A DNA stretch of 64,000 bases from the human T2T-CHM13v2.0 reference genome, Homo sapiens: assembly GCF_009914755.1 (NCBI RefSeq), contig NC_060931.1; one strand, 5' to 3'. Of this stretch, positions 1 through 64,000 are shown in pieces (positions within the stretch are counted from its first letter, which is position 1; the number at the start of each line of letters is the position of its first letter). The position numbers and the translations under genes were made by a program. The notes under the pieces are model-generated. The model ran no database searches. It was not told the origin of the DNA and was given only the letters and a program-made list of their open reading frames with translations.

Positions 1-1931
1 AAAAATTAAAATTTGGGAGGATAGTGGAGAACTTCAATTTTTCTCCTGTCACAGAGCAGTTAAATTCCATATGGAGAAGGGAAATAGTGAAGAGGATAGA
101 ATTCATTTTCAGATTGAAAAAAAGAAGTATTTTTAAGGAAGGAAAACCCAGGATCACAAATTATGCTTGAGCAGTTTAAAGTCTTACTGGCAAAATATCC
201 TCTTATGTAAGCCATACTTAACTACTGCTATACTATTAAAATAAACCATATTAAAATTAAGGTCAGAGTTAGCTTTTTTCCCCCTTATTTAAACGCTATT
301 CTTTTCTTATCTAAGATCCATCAGATTTTAATACTGGGGGCTTAATGAACTTTCAGACACTCCATTTTTGCTTGTCTCTCTAATCATAAGTAGCTCACAA
401 TTCAAATTAGTAACATCAAATGGTAAAACCAAAACTCTTTAAATATAGAATTTAGTTTTAATTTATTAAAAACAGAGGGGTGATGTTTTTCCAGTGGAGT
501 GCATATCTACTTCTAACGTGACAAGTCCACTGAGAATTCAGACTTGCTTCACAGACAGTCCTGCTGAAGCACAATTTCTCTGCTATCAGCTCTAGGCACA
601 GCCACAGTGACATGTCCACTGCATAGGAAACAAGGCCAGGCTTTTAGTGAAATGCTCCAATTGAAGTTATAAAGCAATATATTATTGTAAAACTACTAAT
701 GATTTTAATTGATATCTAATTATCATAGGAAGGAAGTATACAAATAAATAGAAGTAAGTTTACATCGCTCTGTGATATAGAAATTTTGAATTTTTACAAC
801 TTCGTCAAGGCTAAAAACACAAATATAATACTCTTAAGATTACTGAAAATGGCTACAGTCCTTATTCAATAACTCCAAAATCTATCTGATCGATATTTTG
901 TAATTTACCAAAGCTCTGAATATAAGCAAATTTCTAAGCAAATAGAATAAATCTATCAAGTCTAAGCTCACAGGAGTTGAATAACATAGGGCAAAGCACA
1001 TTTTTCTCTTGGTCTTCCTTTTCTTCATTCCTGTTTATACTCACCTGATGTGCGAAAGCCCCTGACCATGGGCATGCCACGTGAAAACAGTGCCCAGTGG
1101 CAGGTACTCCACTGCTCTCTAAAAAGCTGACTGGTCAACCAGCAGCCAGGGGTCAAAGACTGGGGCATCTTTGGCATTGCCACTAATGGAAGACATATTA
1201 CAACTTATTCAAGCACCATTCTCCCAACAAATCTTTCTGACCCAGAGAGCTGTCAGAAATAAAGGAGAACAAAATCCATTGTGGATTGTTGGCTATTACT
1301 CAGGAGGAAGAGACTTAGGCAGCTGGGTGAAGACAGGATGGGTGGGATAACACATTTGAGAAGAGCATATGGGTCACCTGGAAGACTCACTTGCAGGGGA
1401 CCCTAAGCTCGGGGAGACTTAGTCCCAAACCAGTTGGAGGGCATTGCTACGCTGTAATTCCAAATGGACGGTTTTGTGCAATGGCAGCCGAGTGTACACT
1501 GTGTCTACAAGGAGAGCAGCTAAATCAGAATAGAACAGGAAGCTTGGTTGATCTGATTTCTACCAGGCTGTTTTCATCACAGGGCTAATATTTCTGAACC
1601 CCAAATAATGTGGCATGGCCATATAGAGGATCTGTGACAAATACACAGTTTTGGTCCTGTCTGATCCAGCCAAAATCATAGTATTAGAAGCTAAGATTAG
1701 GATTTGTACCAGGGATAAGTCTCAAGAAAAAATTTTTTGAGAATTCAATATGTGGCTTTCTACTTGTAAAGAAAGGACTAGAAATTAATTTTAAAGCCAA
1801 GATTGGATGAGATCTTCTCTTCTTTTGGTGGTTCAAAGCATATTTTCTCTGTTTTACCCATGCTGCACTTCCCCATGTTTCACATTGCAAATTTCACACA
1901 TGTATAAAGTCATGCAGATGAATTATTTTAC

Positions 1932-63748
<61,817 letters not shown>

Positions 63749-64000
63749 CTATTAAATAAAAAAATAACTTCTCAGTTATTTCTGCATTGAAAAGTACAAA
63801 AAGAAAGCCCTACAAATAAAGGCAAACTGAAGTTTTGGAGAAATAATTTGTAATTTATGTACACTAAATTAATGAGAAAATATTTTTAAATACAATGTTA
63901 AAAGAAAAAAGTAAAAATTCAAAAAATGACAATTCTCATGCATTGCCACTGATAGTATAAATTCTCAGTCAGTGATTCCACAGCTGAGAATTTATACTAC

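Overview
Human (primate) genomic DNA, not microbial. The window lies inside NRCAM (neuronal cell adhesion molecule, L1CAM family), transcribed on the minus strand. I reconstructed 21 coding exons (2760 nt, 920 codons, all splice phases concordant) running from Ig2 through FNIII-4. They include three symmetric small exons (57, 30 and 36 nt) and one GC-AG intron. The introns are rich in retroelements. There is a full-length L1HS-Ta (Ta-0) antisense to NRCAM, with intact 5'UTR, ORF0 and ORF1 but a dead ORF2. There is also an 11-kb three-level nest (AluY inside a 3'-truncated L1PA7-like element inside an L1PB1), plus many Alus, MaLR LTRs, DNA-transposon fossils, MIR and L2. Best leads: (1) the L1 ORF0 splice donor 1 is in phase with the next NRCAM exon, predicting an ORF0-NRCAM fusion driven by the L1 antisense promoter; (2) the L1PB1 carries two nested sets of target-site duplications, suggesting both 5' and 3' transduction, and two further short L1s carry 3' transductions; (3) a ~290-bp fold-back palindrome with a perfect 55-bp inner stem lies just upstream of an exon; (4) an unexplained decayed coding-like block lies in one intron. 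Repeat subfamily calls come from remembered consensus features and were not run against a database.
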